A stretch of 64,000 nt of DNA, taken from the human T2T-CHM13v2.0 reference genome, Homo sapiens. A program made the position numbers and the translations under genes. The DNA is taken from assembly GCF_009914755.1 (NCBI RefSeq), contig NC_060925.1; one strand, given 5' to 3'. Position 1 is the stretch's first letter; the number at the start of each line of letters is the position of its first letter. Positions 1 to 15,479 of the stretch are shown one piece after another. The notes beneath the pieces are model-generated. The model searched no databases. It was not told the origin of the DNA and worked only from the letters and a program-made list of their open reading frames with translations.

Positions 1-2185
<2,185 letters not shown>

Positions 2186-2362
2186 ATGATAAGTTTTGTG
2201 TTTTGCATATTTTACCATAATTTTTTTAAAAAAGCCAAGTTTCCTTGGCCAGACAGCCTAACACTGGACATCGGTCAGGTTGGTATCCCCCAGCCTGGAA
2301 CTCGCTCAGTGGAGGGCGATAGTAGAGGCTGTCAAAGAAAATGGGAGTCATTAAAGTGCTAA

Positions 2363-2659
<297 letters not shown>

Positions 2660-2727
2660 TAAAATCAGATTTTATTTGGGACCATTACAATGGGAGAAAG
2701 GGGACTTTAGTATAGAACTGAGCTCGA

Positions 2728-3032
<305 letters not shown>

Positions 3033-3756
3033 CTGAGCTTGATTTTGAACACAGCATGGCAAGTGAAGATTTACAGCTAAGGAGCAGGGTGGGGTCTGTG
3101 GATGGAAAACAACTAAGAGGAAACCTCAGGGGTCGGGGGGATTCTGGCTCAACCCGCCTAACAGGATTCTTGTTGAAACCAGGCCAGGAGATCAGACATC
3201 ACCTGCGGGATGTTGAGGATGAAGAACCCAACCGGATGTAGAGGGTGGTGGGGGGAGTCTCGCTCACCTGGCTTAACAGGGTTTTTGCTGAAATTGGGTG
3301 AGCCAGGCCTGTGAAGGACCGATGTAAAGGTCAGGCCTAGAGGGCTGAGAGGAGCCACAGCAGAGTCAGGTCCAGGAGAGGACTTGTCAAGGACCAGGAG
3401 CTGGAAAAGAGGCTTCCCTGCTGCAGCCCAGGTCAACCTAAATGCGCCTACCCAGGGGAGGTCCCACTGATGCGTTCAGGCTCAGGGCTGACACCGCCGT
3501 TACTGACACTTCCTTTTGGTAATTGGTCCCATAGACAAATTCCTCTGTCTGGTAAGGCCTGAGTCTTTAGCTGGGGCTCTCAGAGCCTCACGCCCAGCAG
3601 TGCCTAGTCCTGCTGTTGTTTGCTCTTCAGGGTCCGTGTGGCCAAGGCCAGCCATGGCTGCATTTTGTAGGCCCAAGGCTGAGCTTTGGCCACATGCAGT
3701 GAAAGCGTGGGAAAGGCTGAGGATTCAGAAAGTCAAGGTTGGCCTTAGCTGGGAGA

Positions 3757-4634
3757 CAGTGCTGTGCTGGTGATGCTCAACAACCGGCTCTCTGATAAAA
3801 TGTGCAGACGTTATTACTGATATAAAGGATACAGATCACACGATTGTCATTAACATCTACAATACTGTGTATTTTAAATTCCATATGATGAATTCATTCT
3901 CAAAGGTCACGTTTGTTGATTTTTTGTCAAACTCTTGTATCTGTTGTAGTGAAAGCTTGCAATTGATGAACAAGTATAGTTCTGACGTGAATGTCAGTTT
4001 GTATTTTTGTTTATATTAATGAGTAAGACAGAAATGAAACAACAGAGATATATTTCTAAACATCATCATTTTGTCAATTATGTGAGTGGCTCCTTTGCTG
4101 AATTGGATGATAGTTTCCAAATAGTCAAAGAATATTTCCTCATTTTTTCTGTGCTCATCACAGTGCAATGAACGGCCAGAAACACAACAATGTACTTTAG
4201 AGTTTAGTCCTCATTATTAGCAATTGCTCTCTTTTCTAAGACTAGGCGATCTATGGAACAGTAAATCTAACCTTGATTGACAGCGTTTGCCTACTTCCGT
4301 GGTGTAAACACTGCAACTATGGCTGATTTGAAGCCCATGACTGTGCCATCACCGAATGAGGGCTGAGAAGGGACCGGTGGTGCCACCACACACTCCCCAC
4401 CGTGCAGCTGCTGCAGACAAGAGCCACCTGGTGTACGTGGTATGCAGTCAGATGCAGTCAAGTGACAGGGAAGAGATGAATTGTGAGTACTTAATATGTT
4501 CATTTTTATAATTTACTTAATTGAAAGTTTACATAGTTTAATTTTTAATAATGGCTGTGTTTAACTACTGGCTCCTAAAATTCCTGAAAATTTAACACGA
4601 GCGCCTGCCAGGTGGAGGGCCATGCACACCGCAG
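3757..4634 (-). mobile_element. hAT DNA transposon (MER63/Blackjack-like)
   Basis: Terminal cagtgctgtgctgg..caacaaccggctc; far end taataatggctgtgtttaac..ttcctgaaaatttaaca..gcacacc. Confidence 0.7.
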
Positions 4635-4921
4635 AAGGCTGGTGGCTTCTGTAGTGCCCAGGAGATGCGTGTACAGCTGGGCCCTGAGATGTGCACAGGC
4701 GCAGCCCTCCTACTGTGGGGCCCTGAGCTCACCAGGAAGAGCGGCCTGACTCTGGGCTTCTCAGGCTAAGGGGATCGGTTTCCAGGTCTGCTCAAAACCA
4801 CGTGAGGTTTCAGGGCCCTGGGTGGTGGAATACTTTTGTCCAATCCTGCTGCCATCTTTAAACAAGGAATGGGGGAAAGAATACTTTCCTATAGATCACA
4901 TTCCGAATATTTGGGAAACTT

Positions 4922-5307
<386 letters not shown>

Positions 5308-5393
5308 CTAGGCAGTACCCCTCACTGTCCCTCAGAGCAGGGTGATTTGGGGGAAGTTACTGAAGCTTCCTGGGGTTCAGGCATCAGTGATAT

Positions 5394-5883
5394 TGAGGTA
5401 GGAGGTGGGACTCAACTCTTGGAGGTGGGGCTTGGACACTGGACCAAATTGAGGACTAGATAAAACAGGGCCAGGGCAGAAGCAGGTTTCCATAAGACAT
5501 GCCCACCATTGTGCCATGTCAGTTTACCATTGCCATGGCAACACCTGGAAGTTACTACCTCTTTCCATGGCAACGACCCTGACAACCAGGAAGTTGCCAG
5601 GCTTTTCCTAGAAATTTCTGCATAAACTGCCCCTTAATTTGCATGTCATTAAAAGCAGGTATAAATGTGAGTACAGAAGTAGTTCTGGGTGGCTACCCTG
5701 GCCACACTGCCTATGTGGTAGCCCTGGTTCTCAAGGAGCCGTACCTCTCCTGCTGCTGTGCGCTGCCACTTCAATAAAAGTCGCTGTCCAACGCCACTGG
5801 CTCACCCTTGAATTCTCTCCTGGGTGAAGCCAAGAACCCTCCTGGGCTAAGCCCCAATTTTGGGGCTTGCCTGTCCTGCATCA
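5394..5883 (+). mobile_element. ERV1 solo LTR, MER41 family, full length
   Basis: TG..CA ends with perfect ATAT TSD (5390-5393, 5884-5887); TATAAA 5660, AATAAA 5773; MER41-type 3' end gccaagaaccctcctgggctaagccccaattttggggct..cctgcatca. Confidence 0.85.
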
Positions 5884-6109
5884 ATATGGTGTGATTATAA
5901 TAGGTAGGGATGAAGATTGCACTGTGAGCCTATTGTGTCCCCAGCGTTCAGCACGAGGCCCAGCCCATGATGCTCCAAAGCTGCAGCACATGAATAGATG
6001 ATTGAGGCCATGGCTGCAGGCAGTTGGTGCAGGGAAAGGTTCTGGGCAGTCAGCTGGTTCCAGTGTGGCTCCTGCAGAGGGGCTGATTTGCCAGTGCTAT
6101 GGCCCTGGG

Positions 6110-6556
6110 CTTGGGGTAGTGTCCTGGGGCTGTGGTAGCAAAGTATCACAGACTGCTGTGGAGGTTCATCACGGCAGGAGCTGGCCCCTGCACCACTCTG
6201 CAGGCTGGGAGCCTGGGACCAAGGTGTCTGCATGGCTGCACTCTCTCTGAAGTCTGTAGAGAGGATCCTTCCTGCTTCCTCTGGCTTCTGGTTGCTGCCA
6301 GCAGTCCTTGGCATTCCTCGGCTTGCAGGTACATCGTCCCTTGGCCATCTTTTCCCTGTGCCTCTGTCTTCCCATGGCTGTCTTCTCAGATGGACCCCAG
6401 CCATATTGGATTAGGGCCCACCCTACTCCAGCATGAGCTCTTCTGAACTAATAACATCTGCAATGGACTTATTTCCAAATAGGGTCACATTCCGAAGTAT
6501 TTGGGGTCAGGTCTTCAACATATCTTTTTTAGGAGGATGCAATTCATCCCATACCA
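6110..6556 (-). mobile_element. MaLR LTR (MLT1C-like)
   Basis: ctggcttctggttgctgccagcagtccttggcattcct and ggattagggcccaccct motifs. Confidence 0.85.
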
Positions 6557-7169
6557 GAGTGAGAGTGGAGATCCGTCATTCATTCATTCATTTGGTGCAT
6601 TGACTGAGCACCTTTCTTCTCCCTTGTCTTTGGTGCTGATGTCTGGTGATGCTTGAGACAGGTGCAGTTCCTGCCTGCATGGAGATCTGGGTCTAACAGA
6701 CAGGATGGCAGCAAACACCTCATCAGGTGGCCTGTTGGTTGTGCCCTGTCATCAGAGGTATGAGAGGGAAAGCACAAGTGGAGGCCTCTCCCATGTGGCC
6801 CCTTGCCCCGTGGGCCCTGCCCAGGTGTGGCCATAAGGCTCCTGGATACCCACAGTCACCTGTATGTGTGCCACCATCCTTTTCCTGTCCCACTTGGAAT
6901 GTGGGTGGGACCGGAATGTCAGCTCTGGACGTCCTGGGACCTCCCCAGGGCCAAGCTCCACACAAGTGATCCCAGATTGATCCTTGAGGTGATGGTGGGA
7001 GGTGCTGTCCCAGGCAAATATGGAAGGAGAGCTACCTGGTGACTCGAAAATTCCATTTAAATTAGAAGCACCAGGGGACCGGGAACCAGTGTTGTTGGGA
7101 CCTGACCACACTGAGACTCTGCAGGCGAGTCTTGGACCTCATGCCAATTTCTCAAAGGTTGGGTAGTCA

Positions 7170-7320
7170 CTCACATACCTGTGTCCAGCCCAACCTCCAC
7201 TTTCACTAGCAGATTGATCTTGGGTCAAGTTTTTAACTTCTCAGCCTCCTTCCTCATCTGGAAAATGGGTGACAACAGCTTCTACCTGGAAGGTTTTCAG
7301 TGAAGTTTGAATGCAGAGCA
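7170..7320 (+). mobile_element. MIR fragment
   Basis: cttgggtcaagttttt..ctcagcctccttcctcatctggaaaatggg core. Confidence 0.7.
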
Positions 7321-7482
7321 GCCGAGTCTTCCCTGTAAGGAGACCCATGGGTGTTTTCTAACCCCCAGATGAGAACTGTGCAGTTGCAGTATCCAGTGAT
7401 GTGTCAGTTAGGCTAAGGGAAGGCTGGCTGCTACAATAAATAAACCTTGATCTTATTGGTGACTTTGCACAAGTTTACACAC

Positions 7483-7745
7483 AGAGAGAATGCCTTGAGA
7501 TAATAAAGGCAGAGAGATCAGAGTGATGCAGCTGCCAGCTGAGGAATGCCAAGGGTTAATGACCACACCAGAAATTGGAGGAGGCAAGGAAGGATTCTAC
7601 CCAGAGTATCTGAGTGACTGTGACCCTGCTCAGATGTTGATCTTAAACTTGTAGCTTCCAGAGCCACAAGAGAATAAACTTCTGTTGTTCTACTAAACTG
7701 CTCTATTTGTGGTACATTGTTACAGCAGCCCCATTAAAATAACAC
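7483..7745 (+). mobile_element. MaLR LTR 3' part (MLT1C/D-like)
   Basis: gaggaatgccaagg..ggcaaggaaggattct..gagaataaacttctgttgtt..gttacagcagcc. Confidence 0.8.
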
Positions 7746-7809
7746 GTGCATGAATGGACTATTATGACATCTTGTAGATATGACTTTTGTACCCACCTAA
7801 CTTTTTAAA

Positions 7810-8330
7810 AAGCAAACATTACTAAACACCTGATACATGCCCTAAAAGGTGCTAGGTTTTGAGGTTACAAGAATGGGTGAGACATAGTTCTTGTTCTCAT
7901 AAAGCTCATAATACCATGGTTTATATGCACAAGTCAATAGAGAAAGTCAAAAGGTTGTTATAGGTATGACAGACAGGCTAGGCATGAGGAGTCCCTGGAG
8001 CACCTAGGAGGGATGCCCAGCACAAGCTGGCAAAGAGAGTGACAGGGCACTGGAAAGATAGTTAGGTTAGAATAGGTCTAGGATGGGATCAGGGCTCAGG
8101 TGCGGAGAGACAGAGTTCCTCCAGGTAGCTAAGTCCTGGGGCTTGGACCAGAAGAAGAGAGTGTGTAAGGCATGACAGGAATGGAGTCACTCTACATGAC
8201 TGGATGTGGAGTGTCTCGGTGGGACTGGGAAGGAGACATGAGGTCATAGAGGTCACAAGGAGCCACTTCAGGAGGGGTCTTATGAGCCAAAGTAAACTGA
8301 GGCAACCTAAGAACTTTATACCCCCAGAAA
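7810..8330 (-). mobile_element. L2 fragment
   Basis: aaacattactaaacacctgatacatgcc..gtgctagg..gacatagttcttg pattern of the L2 3' end. Confidence 0.55.
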
Positions 8331-8539
8331 GTAGGGATGATCAATAAGTATTATGATTTAAATCATGGACAATTAAAGCCAATGCAATGGATACAAATTG
8401 GATATCTCTGGAATCATTCACATATCCATGTCTGGCCTAACCACAGAGTGGGCTACCCAAGGGCTCCTGCCTTTCCTCTACCCTGGGCAGAATTTTACAC
8501 ATTGTGAGTGGCCCCTGGCTAATGGACAAAGCAAAAACA

Positions 8540-10075
8540 TTATCCGATGTCTCTGGATGTCCCACTTGCAGTGCCTGAGGCAAGGGCTGCAGCACAGGGA
8601 GCTTAATGGAGAGTAGATTCCCAGGAAGCTGGAGAGTAGCTTGATGGTAGTGGGACAGGAGGGGAGGGAAGAATAAATCAAGGATTCATTGTTGAGCTAG
8701 TTACTGCTGTGGACAGCTAGATCTTAATTCTGCTGGAGACCCTGTGAGGAATTTTGTAGAAGGCATTTTAGAATTGCTCTCCGGAGGATGCAAGGTGGGA
8801 GCATTTATCCACCAACTCCCAATTTCATTTGAAGGTTGTCTCTGTGTGTGGGACATTCTGCAGCTTTGGAGAAAGCCCTGGTGCAGAAAAGCAGGGAGTC
8901 AAGGCAGCCCAGGTTTGAACGAAGACCCCATCAACATGCACGGAACTGTCCACGATAGCAGTGCTGAAATCGGGCGGGCCAAGGGGAGCCTGCTACAGTC
9001 CGCCCCTTAACTGTTAATCTGCACATACCCCACCTTATGTTCCCTCTGTCACTGAATCTTTAACGTAGTGGCCAGTTGAACTCCCTAATGAAAGGCTTAA
9101 GCCGGAGGGATCTGTCAAACATAGCTAGTATTGCTGCTGTAGCAGGCCCTGAGCGGTCATAACTGAAATTCAGCAGCTCTTTCCTTCACCACTCATCCTA
9201 GATTTCTCAGAGCCTGCTTGGAATATGCTGATCACTGACACTAGTTATTGGTCCGGAGGTAATGAGGAGCGGAAGAGGGAACCCGAGGATAAGAAGCATC
9301 ACCTTACGGAGCATTATCAGATGAAGGCTTGCCTTTTCATAGTCACCAATTAAGAGGGTTTTCCTCTCTAGAAAGGGGGAGAAAGTTCCCTCTTTCAGTT
9401 TGGAGGGGTCAATGGATAAGGTCCCAAATTCTCAGGTGCATTCTTCCACATGTCTCCATCCCTGGACTCAGGGTCCCACTCTTTCTATATTGATCCCTGA
9501 CATTAGCCTTGGAGACCTGTCAAGGCTATGCATTCAGTCTCTTTTATGGTTTTTCCACCTTTAGATTTAATTACAGTCCTGATTTTCAGCACCATCTGCC
9601 CTCTGGCTGCAAGAGATGAGGGTCACTGTAAATGCTGCTATGGAGGCGTTCTGGCTTTGACAGCATAGCCTGAGCTGATAATTGGCTGACCTGAGCTTGT
9701 CATTCTCTTTCATCAAATCTAAGGCAGTTAACAAAACCCAGCAAACTCTCCCATCATTATAACTACCACTGCTTTCATACACTTCAAGTGCTAGTTAGTG
9801 TATAAGCCAATGCTTTCCTTTTGCCTGGACCTCATCCCAACACACTACAGGCAAAATATTTTATAGTTTAGAGGGATTATTGTCACACTTAACATCACCT
9901 AGGGATTTATCCATCAACTCCCAATCTTCAACATTTGAGGGTTGTCCCCGTGTGGGGGATATTCTGCAGTTTTGGAGAAAGTCTTGGGGCAGAAAAGTGG
10001 AGAGTCAAGGCAGCACAGACTTGAAGCAAGATCCCATCAATGTGCACTGAACTGCTCATGAGGAAGTGCTTAACA
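8540..10075 (-). mobile_element. Decayed ERVL-class provirus (LTR16/LTR33-like LTRs) with large internal deletion
   Basis: Two diverged same-orientation LTR copies (~8803-8960 and ~9905-10065); minus-strand polypurine tract AAGGGGCGGAC abutting LTR start TGTAGC at 8997; gag-like residues between them. Confidence 0.7.
9440..9790 (-). pseudogene. ERVL/MaLR gag N-terminal remnant
   Basis: ORF 9567-9782 (WVLLTALDLMKENDKLRSANYQLR..TLISCSQRADGAENQ), followed after a frame break by EWDPESRDGDMW, resembling the ERVL gag EWDP.W.GD.W motif. Confidence 0.7.
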
Positions 10076-10184
10076 TGTTAACTTAAGTGATTAACATCCC
10101 TGAAGACCCCGTCATGAAGTCTTTGTTGCTGTCTTTCCAGGGAACAGTCCAGTTCCACTATTCTATTCTGAGGATTGCTTTCTT

Positions 10185-10650
10185 CGTTAAGTTTGGATTC
10201 CCTAGAAACAGAGTCTGAGACAAGGTCTTGGATGCAGCTACTTTCATGGACCGGTGATCCCAGGGGGTAGAAGCAGGGATAGTGGGGGTGGAATAGGGCA
10301 GGAGGAAAGTTCAATGAAAGCATTTTCTATTGAGATGATGTGTTCAACTGAGCTCTAGTTCTACTGGGGACTCTGGGCACCGTGTAGAATGCCTCTCATT
10401 ATTGTGCTTCTGAAGGAAGCGAGGCTGGGCCATTTGTCCATCAACTCCCGTCCCCTATTCTTTCAGGTTACCTCTGGGAATGTCCCCTTCCCATGCCTCT
10501 GGGCTGTGCCAGTGAAAGGCAGAGCAGCCTCTATTGCATCAGAGAAAGCTCTGACTCCAAACAGCAGAGAGATGCAGGGTTCCTGAGGTGGGGGACTTGT
10601 CCATGCCAATAGTGCTGAGGTCAAGTGGGCTGAGGCACTAAGGTGTGAAA
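10185..10650 (-). mobile_element. ERVL LTR (LTR16-like)
   Basis: ggattccctagaaacagagtctgagacaagg..ggtgatcccagg..catctgctac. Confidence 0.65.
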
Positions 10651-11639
10651 TATCACCAGCATCTGCTACTCCCAGCAGGCAGATTTGGATCCGGAAGGCT
10701 TCTACAATGTTCGAACATGTCAACTGCTGAAACCTTGCCTGCCATGGACCATGCCTTTGTTCCACAAACCTCATTTCTGTTCCCTGTGGTCCTGGCACTT
10801 CAACCCAACCTCCAAAGTCCCTATGGGTTTCCATGAATGGGGGCACACAGCATCTGTATCAGGAGAGCAGACGGCAGTACACCAGCTGGGCACCTGCTTA
10901 TAACTTGTTTGTCAACTCCTGTTTATGCAGGAAAAAGCAGACAGCCAGCTGTCACGCTGTGCATGGATAAAACATCACATCAACTCCTGTTTTTGTATTT
11001 CGGTTGAGTAGTCTGCTGGGGCCCCAGGGGGTGTCAGGCCAAAACACTGTAATCCCTGGCTGGGATAAGTACTGCCTACTCCATTTTTCTCAGTTTGGAC
11101 TCCTGGAGGCAAATGTCAGCTGTTTCATCAAAAACAAAATGCTCCCCTGTGGGACGATTTCAGCAGCTCACCTGTGAAGGGTATTACTTTTTCCTCCACT
11201 TCTGAAAAGTCTGTCCTAGTTTTCTCTTCTGCCTGCACCAACCTTCATGTTCCCCCTTCATGAATGAGGGACCTGGGAGTGCTTGCTGAGGGCGGCATGT
11301 GGCTCTCTGAAAAATATACTATGGTCTTGACCTTGCTAACTGCAGAAGCCCATCAGAGTGGGACTGGACAGCCCAGGTGTGGAAAGATCTGAAGACCAGG
11401 TGGGCAAAGGGGACGTTAGAGAGCAGGTGGCTCCTGGGTGGAACTTCCTGAGCACTTCAGCAAATGCAGGGGCAACCCGTGGTGGCTTCTCTACTTTGGG
11501 GCCCCCCCAGGACACCAGTAAGAAAAAATGGAGGACAGAAGATTTGAGGATGTAAACAATTCCCAAATTGTCTTTGAATTTTCTGAGAGCCCAGGACCAA
11601 AGGCTATTTCCCCGGGGGCAGTGGGAAGAGCCTGTGTGG

Positions 11640-11830
11640 GGAGTGGACCTTGAGGTGACTCTCACTTCCCATTTGTCTTGTATAACCTTGAACAAGTGAC
11701 AGAGTCTCTCTGAGGCCTGGCTCCTTCGTTTCCAACAAGGGCATAACATTTTTCACCCCATAGGGTTGTCATGGGATTAATGAGGTGACACGGGCAACTT
11801 GCTGGCCCTGCATGAGGCTTAACAAAAGCT
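11640..11830 (+). mobile_element. MIR
   Basis: accttgaacaagtgac..ctctctgaggcct..catagggttgtcatgggattaatgag. Confidence 0.7.
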
Positions 11831-12391
11831 ACCTTCTTTTCCTTTTCCTGGTGTGTAGGGAAAAAAGATCAAGCTCTGTGGTTCATTGCCTGGAAAGCAC
11901 ACAGGCTTGGGGATGGTGAGCCACACCGTCGTCCCGCCAACCTCCAGGCAGTCTGAAGCGTGATTAAAAGAATGGCTTCAGATGTTGGGAGCACCAGGAG
12001 CTACCTCCCTCTTTGATCTGCTCGATTAAAAAAATTCTGTCCTTACCATAGCCTCACTTCAGGCTTTTCAGTTCTGCAGGATTTCCTAATCCTCCTTTAA
12101 ATAAAGATCAAAAAGGAACCAGCACTTAGCAGCTGCTTCTTTTTCCTGCTGGTCATTACTCTGTAGAGGTTTGGGTTGAAAGTCCTAGTGAATGACTCAT
12201 GAGGATGGAGAATACTAGAGCTGAGGCTCCAAACTAGTTGGAAAATGTGATCACCTGGTACCTGATCCAACACCTGATCTGTTTCTTTCTAGGTTTCTAA
12301 AAGAATAGGTGCAAGTCTGTCATTGTGCTAAGCACAGAGAAGCTTTATAGGTGTTAACTCATTGGCTCCTAACAATACCCTAGAAGGTAGA

Positions 12392-12817
12392 TGTGTTAGT
12401 CTGTTTGTGTTGCTATAAAGGAATCCCTGAGGCACGGTAACTTATAAAGAAAAGAGGTTTATTTTGGCTGATGGTTCTGCAGGCTGCACAGGGAGAGGCC
12501 TCAGGGAGGTTACAGTATTGCTCCTGGAGAGGCCTCAGGGAGGTTACAGTCATGGCAGAAGGTGAAGAGGGGGCTGGCATATCACATGGTGGGAGAAGGA
12601 TCAAGAGACAGGAGGGAGGTGCCAGGCTGTTTTTAAACAACCGGGTCTCACATGAACTCATAGAGAGAGGACTCACTTGTTATTGTGAGGACAGCAGCAA
12701 GCCATTCATGAGGGATCTGTCCCCACGACCCATACACCTCCCACCAGGCCCATCTCCAACACTGGAGGTCACATTTCAACATGGGATTTGTAGGGGACAC
12801 ACATCCAAACTATATCA
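12392..12817 (-). mobile_element. MaLR LTR (MSTB-like) inserted in a MIR (~12330-12980)
   Basis: tgtgttagtctgtttgtgttgctataaagg..ccaaactatatca; internal 25-bp duplication ggagaggcctcagggaggttacagt. Confidence 0.85.
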
Positions 12818-13019
12818 GTTGGTGCTCATTATTGTCACCCATTTTACAGATTGGGAAGGTGAGGAACAGAGGGGTGGAGAAACTTACCTAAGGTCACACA
12901 GAGTAAGTGGGAGAGCTGGGATTTTGGCCACAGTATTTTGGATCCAGAGTTTGTGTAGATGACCACTCTGCTGTACTACCAAGAATTCAACCAAAGGTAA
13001 ATTCTCTATTCTTTTAAAA

Positions 13020-13158
13020 ATTATTGATTGATTGATTGATTGATTGAGACAGGGTCTCACTTTGTTGCCCTAGCTGGCCTCAAACTCCTGGGCTCAAGCG
13101 ATCCTCCCTCATTGGCCTCCCAAAGTCCTGAGATCACAGGCATGCACCACTGTGCCCT
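13020..13158 (-). mobile_element. FLAM/Alu left monomer with (TTGA)n tail
   Basis: Single monomer gagacagggtctcac..cactgtgccc. Confidence 0.85.
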
Positions 13159-13266
13159 GTCAAGTTCTCTACTCTTACTAGATGTCCAGAACAATTCCTT
13201 GTGCAAAGAATGTGTCTTCCACTGCAGCTCAGGGGCTCCTGTGCACAGGGCTGACTGGACGTTTGA

Positions 13267-13761
13267 GACTCCAGCACGGTCGGGGACCCTATTCCCCACA
13301 GTGTCTATGGGGACTCCAGCACAGTCGGGGACCATATTCCCCACAGTGTCTATTGGGACTACAGCACGGCCGGGGACCCTATTCCCCACAGTGTCTATGG
13401 GGACTCCAGCACGGTTGGGGACCATATTCCCCATGGTGTCTAGGGGGACTCTAGCACGGTCAGGGACCCTTCCCCACAGTGTCTAGGGGGACTCCAGCAC
13501 GGTCGGGGACCATATTCCCCACAGTGTCTATGGGGACTCTAGCACGGTCAGGGACCCTTCCCCACAGTGTCTAGGGCAGTTCCAGCACGGTCGGGGACCA
13601 TATTCCCTACAGTGTCTAGGGCGGCTCCAGCACGGTCGGGGACCATATTCCCCACAGTTTCTGGGGGGACTCCAGCATGCTCGGGGACCATATTCCCCAC
13701 GGTGTCTATGGGGACTCCAGCATGGTCAGGGACCATATTCCCCATGGTGTCTAGAGGGACT
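13267..13761. repeat. Minisatellite, ~45-bp unit, ~11 copies
   Basis: Unit GACTCCAGCACGGTCGGGGACCATATTCCCCACAGTGTCTATGGG; 15-aa periodicity in the ORF track. Confidence 0.95.
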
Positions 13762-14149
13762 TGGAGAGTGAATATGGAGCAGCCCATAACGTTTGACATC
13801 CTGGGAGATCGGTGGCTGTGGGGCCTGATCATCCAGCTTGACTGTACCCAAATAAAGCAGAAAATACCTACTAATTTAGTTCCAGGGTTAGTTACAGGTG
13901 AAACATAGAACTGAGGAGCGATTTTTCTCCTTTTGACCTTAAAACAAGGGTGAAAAGGCAGAGTGAGCTGAGCTTTGCTCCCCAGAAGCTGCTAGTCCCA
14001 GTTGTTTCTGTCTGAGGGGAGTTTGGGAATTGGGGCTCTGGTCCCCGTGTGCAGTGAGCAGATGGGGCAAGTGGGTGGTGTGGGTGGGGGAGAGGCATCA
14101 TCGGTTGTGAGGTCAGCAGACATTTATCTTCAGAAAGAGAAAGTCTCAA

Positions 14150-14437
14150 AGCCGGGCGCAGTGGCTCACGCCTGTAATCCCAGCACTTTGGGAGGCTGAG
14201 ACAGGTGGATCATCACTTGAGGTCAGGAGTTTGACACCAGCCTGGCCAACATGGTAAAACCCCATCTCTACTAAAAATACAAAAATTAGCTGGGCATGGT
14301 GGCACATACCTGTGATCCCAGAGAATTGCTTGAACCCAGGAGACGAGGCTGCAGTGAGCCAAGATCGTGCCACTGCACTCCAGCCTGGGTGATGGAGCAA
14401 GGCCCTGCCTCAAAAAAAAAAAAAAAAAGAGAGAGAG
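14150..14437 (+). mobile_element. Alu with ~22-bp internal deletion in the right arm
   Basis: tgatcccag is followed directly by agaattgc; TSD AGAGAA(A/T)G(T/C)CTCAA. Confidence 0.9.
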
Positions 14438-14685
14438 AGAGAATGCCTCAAGCAAAGGGAATTTTCCCCTGGAGGAGAACTGTGTGCTGAGCAGGCAGTG
14501 GGTCCTGACTCAGGGGTGTGGCCAGAGCAGGGTGGGTACTGCCCTTCACTCTCATCGCCTCAGTGGAAGGTGACTTCCAGATCTGTTTCAGGACAGGGAC
14601 ACCCAGGTCCCCCTTCTCCCCTCAGGGGTGTGAGATGGCCTGAGGACAGTATGAGTTTGGGAGTAAGCTGCCTCCCAGCAGCCTC

Positions 14686-15210
14686 CCACACTCTCACATG
14701 TGCACACACGTGCACACATCACACACACCCAGGGCACACATGCACTATCACACACACATAAGCATGCACACACCCAGGGCATACATGTACACACACATGT
14801 GCCACCACACATATGCTCATACATGCATGTGCATACATGCATAAGCAGGCACACACTGATGCAGGGCACACATGCACAACCACATACACATACATACATG
14901 CACGCACATAAGCACACATGCACTTATACAGTGCATGTGTGCACATATATGCATGTGCACACACAATAAGCATACGCACACGGCACACATGTACACGCAT
15001 GCACAACGATACATGCAAATACATGCGTGCTCACACACACAAAGCATGCACATGCTTATATAGAGCACACATGTATGCACATATGCACAGATGTACATGC
15101 ACACACTCACACAGGGCACACATGTACACACACATGCAAACATGCACAACCACATACATGCACCTACATGAATGGGCACACACACAGAGGCATGCCCCCA
15201 CATACACACT
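14686..15210. repeat. Degenerate (CA/CATG)n purine-pyrimidine alternating tract
   Basis: About 520 bp of cacacatgcacatacatg-type sequence. Confidence 0.9.
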
Positions 15211-15479
15211 CCCCCAGGCCCAGACTCCCAGAGCAGGAATAGTTCTAGGGCTCTCCTTTAAGGCTTGGCATCCTTGCTGGGGCACTGACAGACACTCCAG
15301 GGTTTACCCTGGGGACTCAGCGCCAGATGCCTTTGGTAGCAGGGGCTGCTCCCAGGAATTTGAGGGGAAGCCCGCCAGAAGAGAAGAGCCAGTTAAGGCA
15401 GACGACCTGCAGCACCTGGAGAGATGGCTGCCCTGGGGAAGGGAGGGACGCTGCCACTGTGCCTTTAGCATGAGTCTTC

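Noticed and set aside
13040-13908. Mucin-like repetitive ORFs on both strands
   Set aside because: They result from a 45-bp VNTR unit divisible by three; there is no gene context and the frame breaks at shorter units
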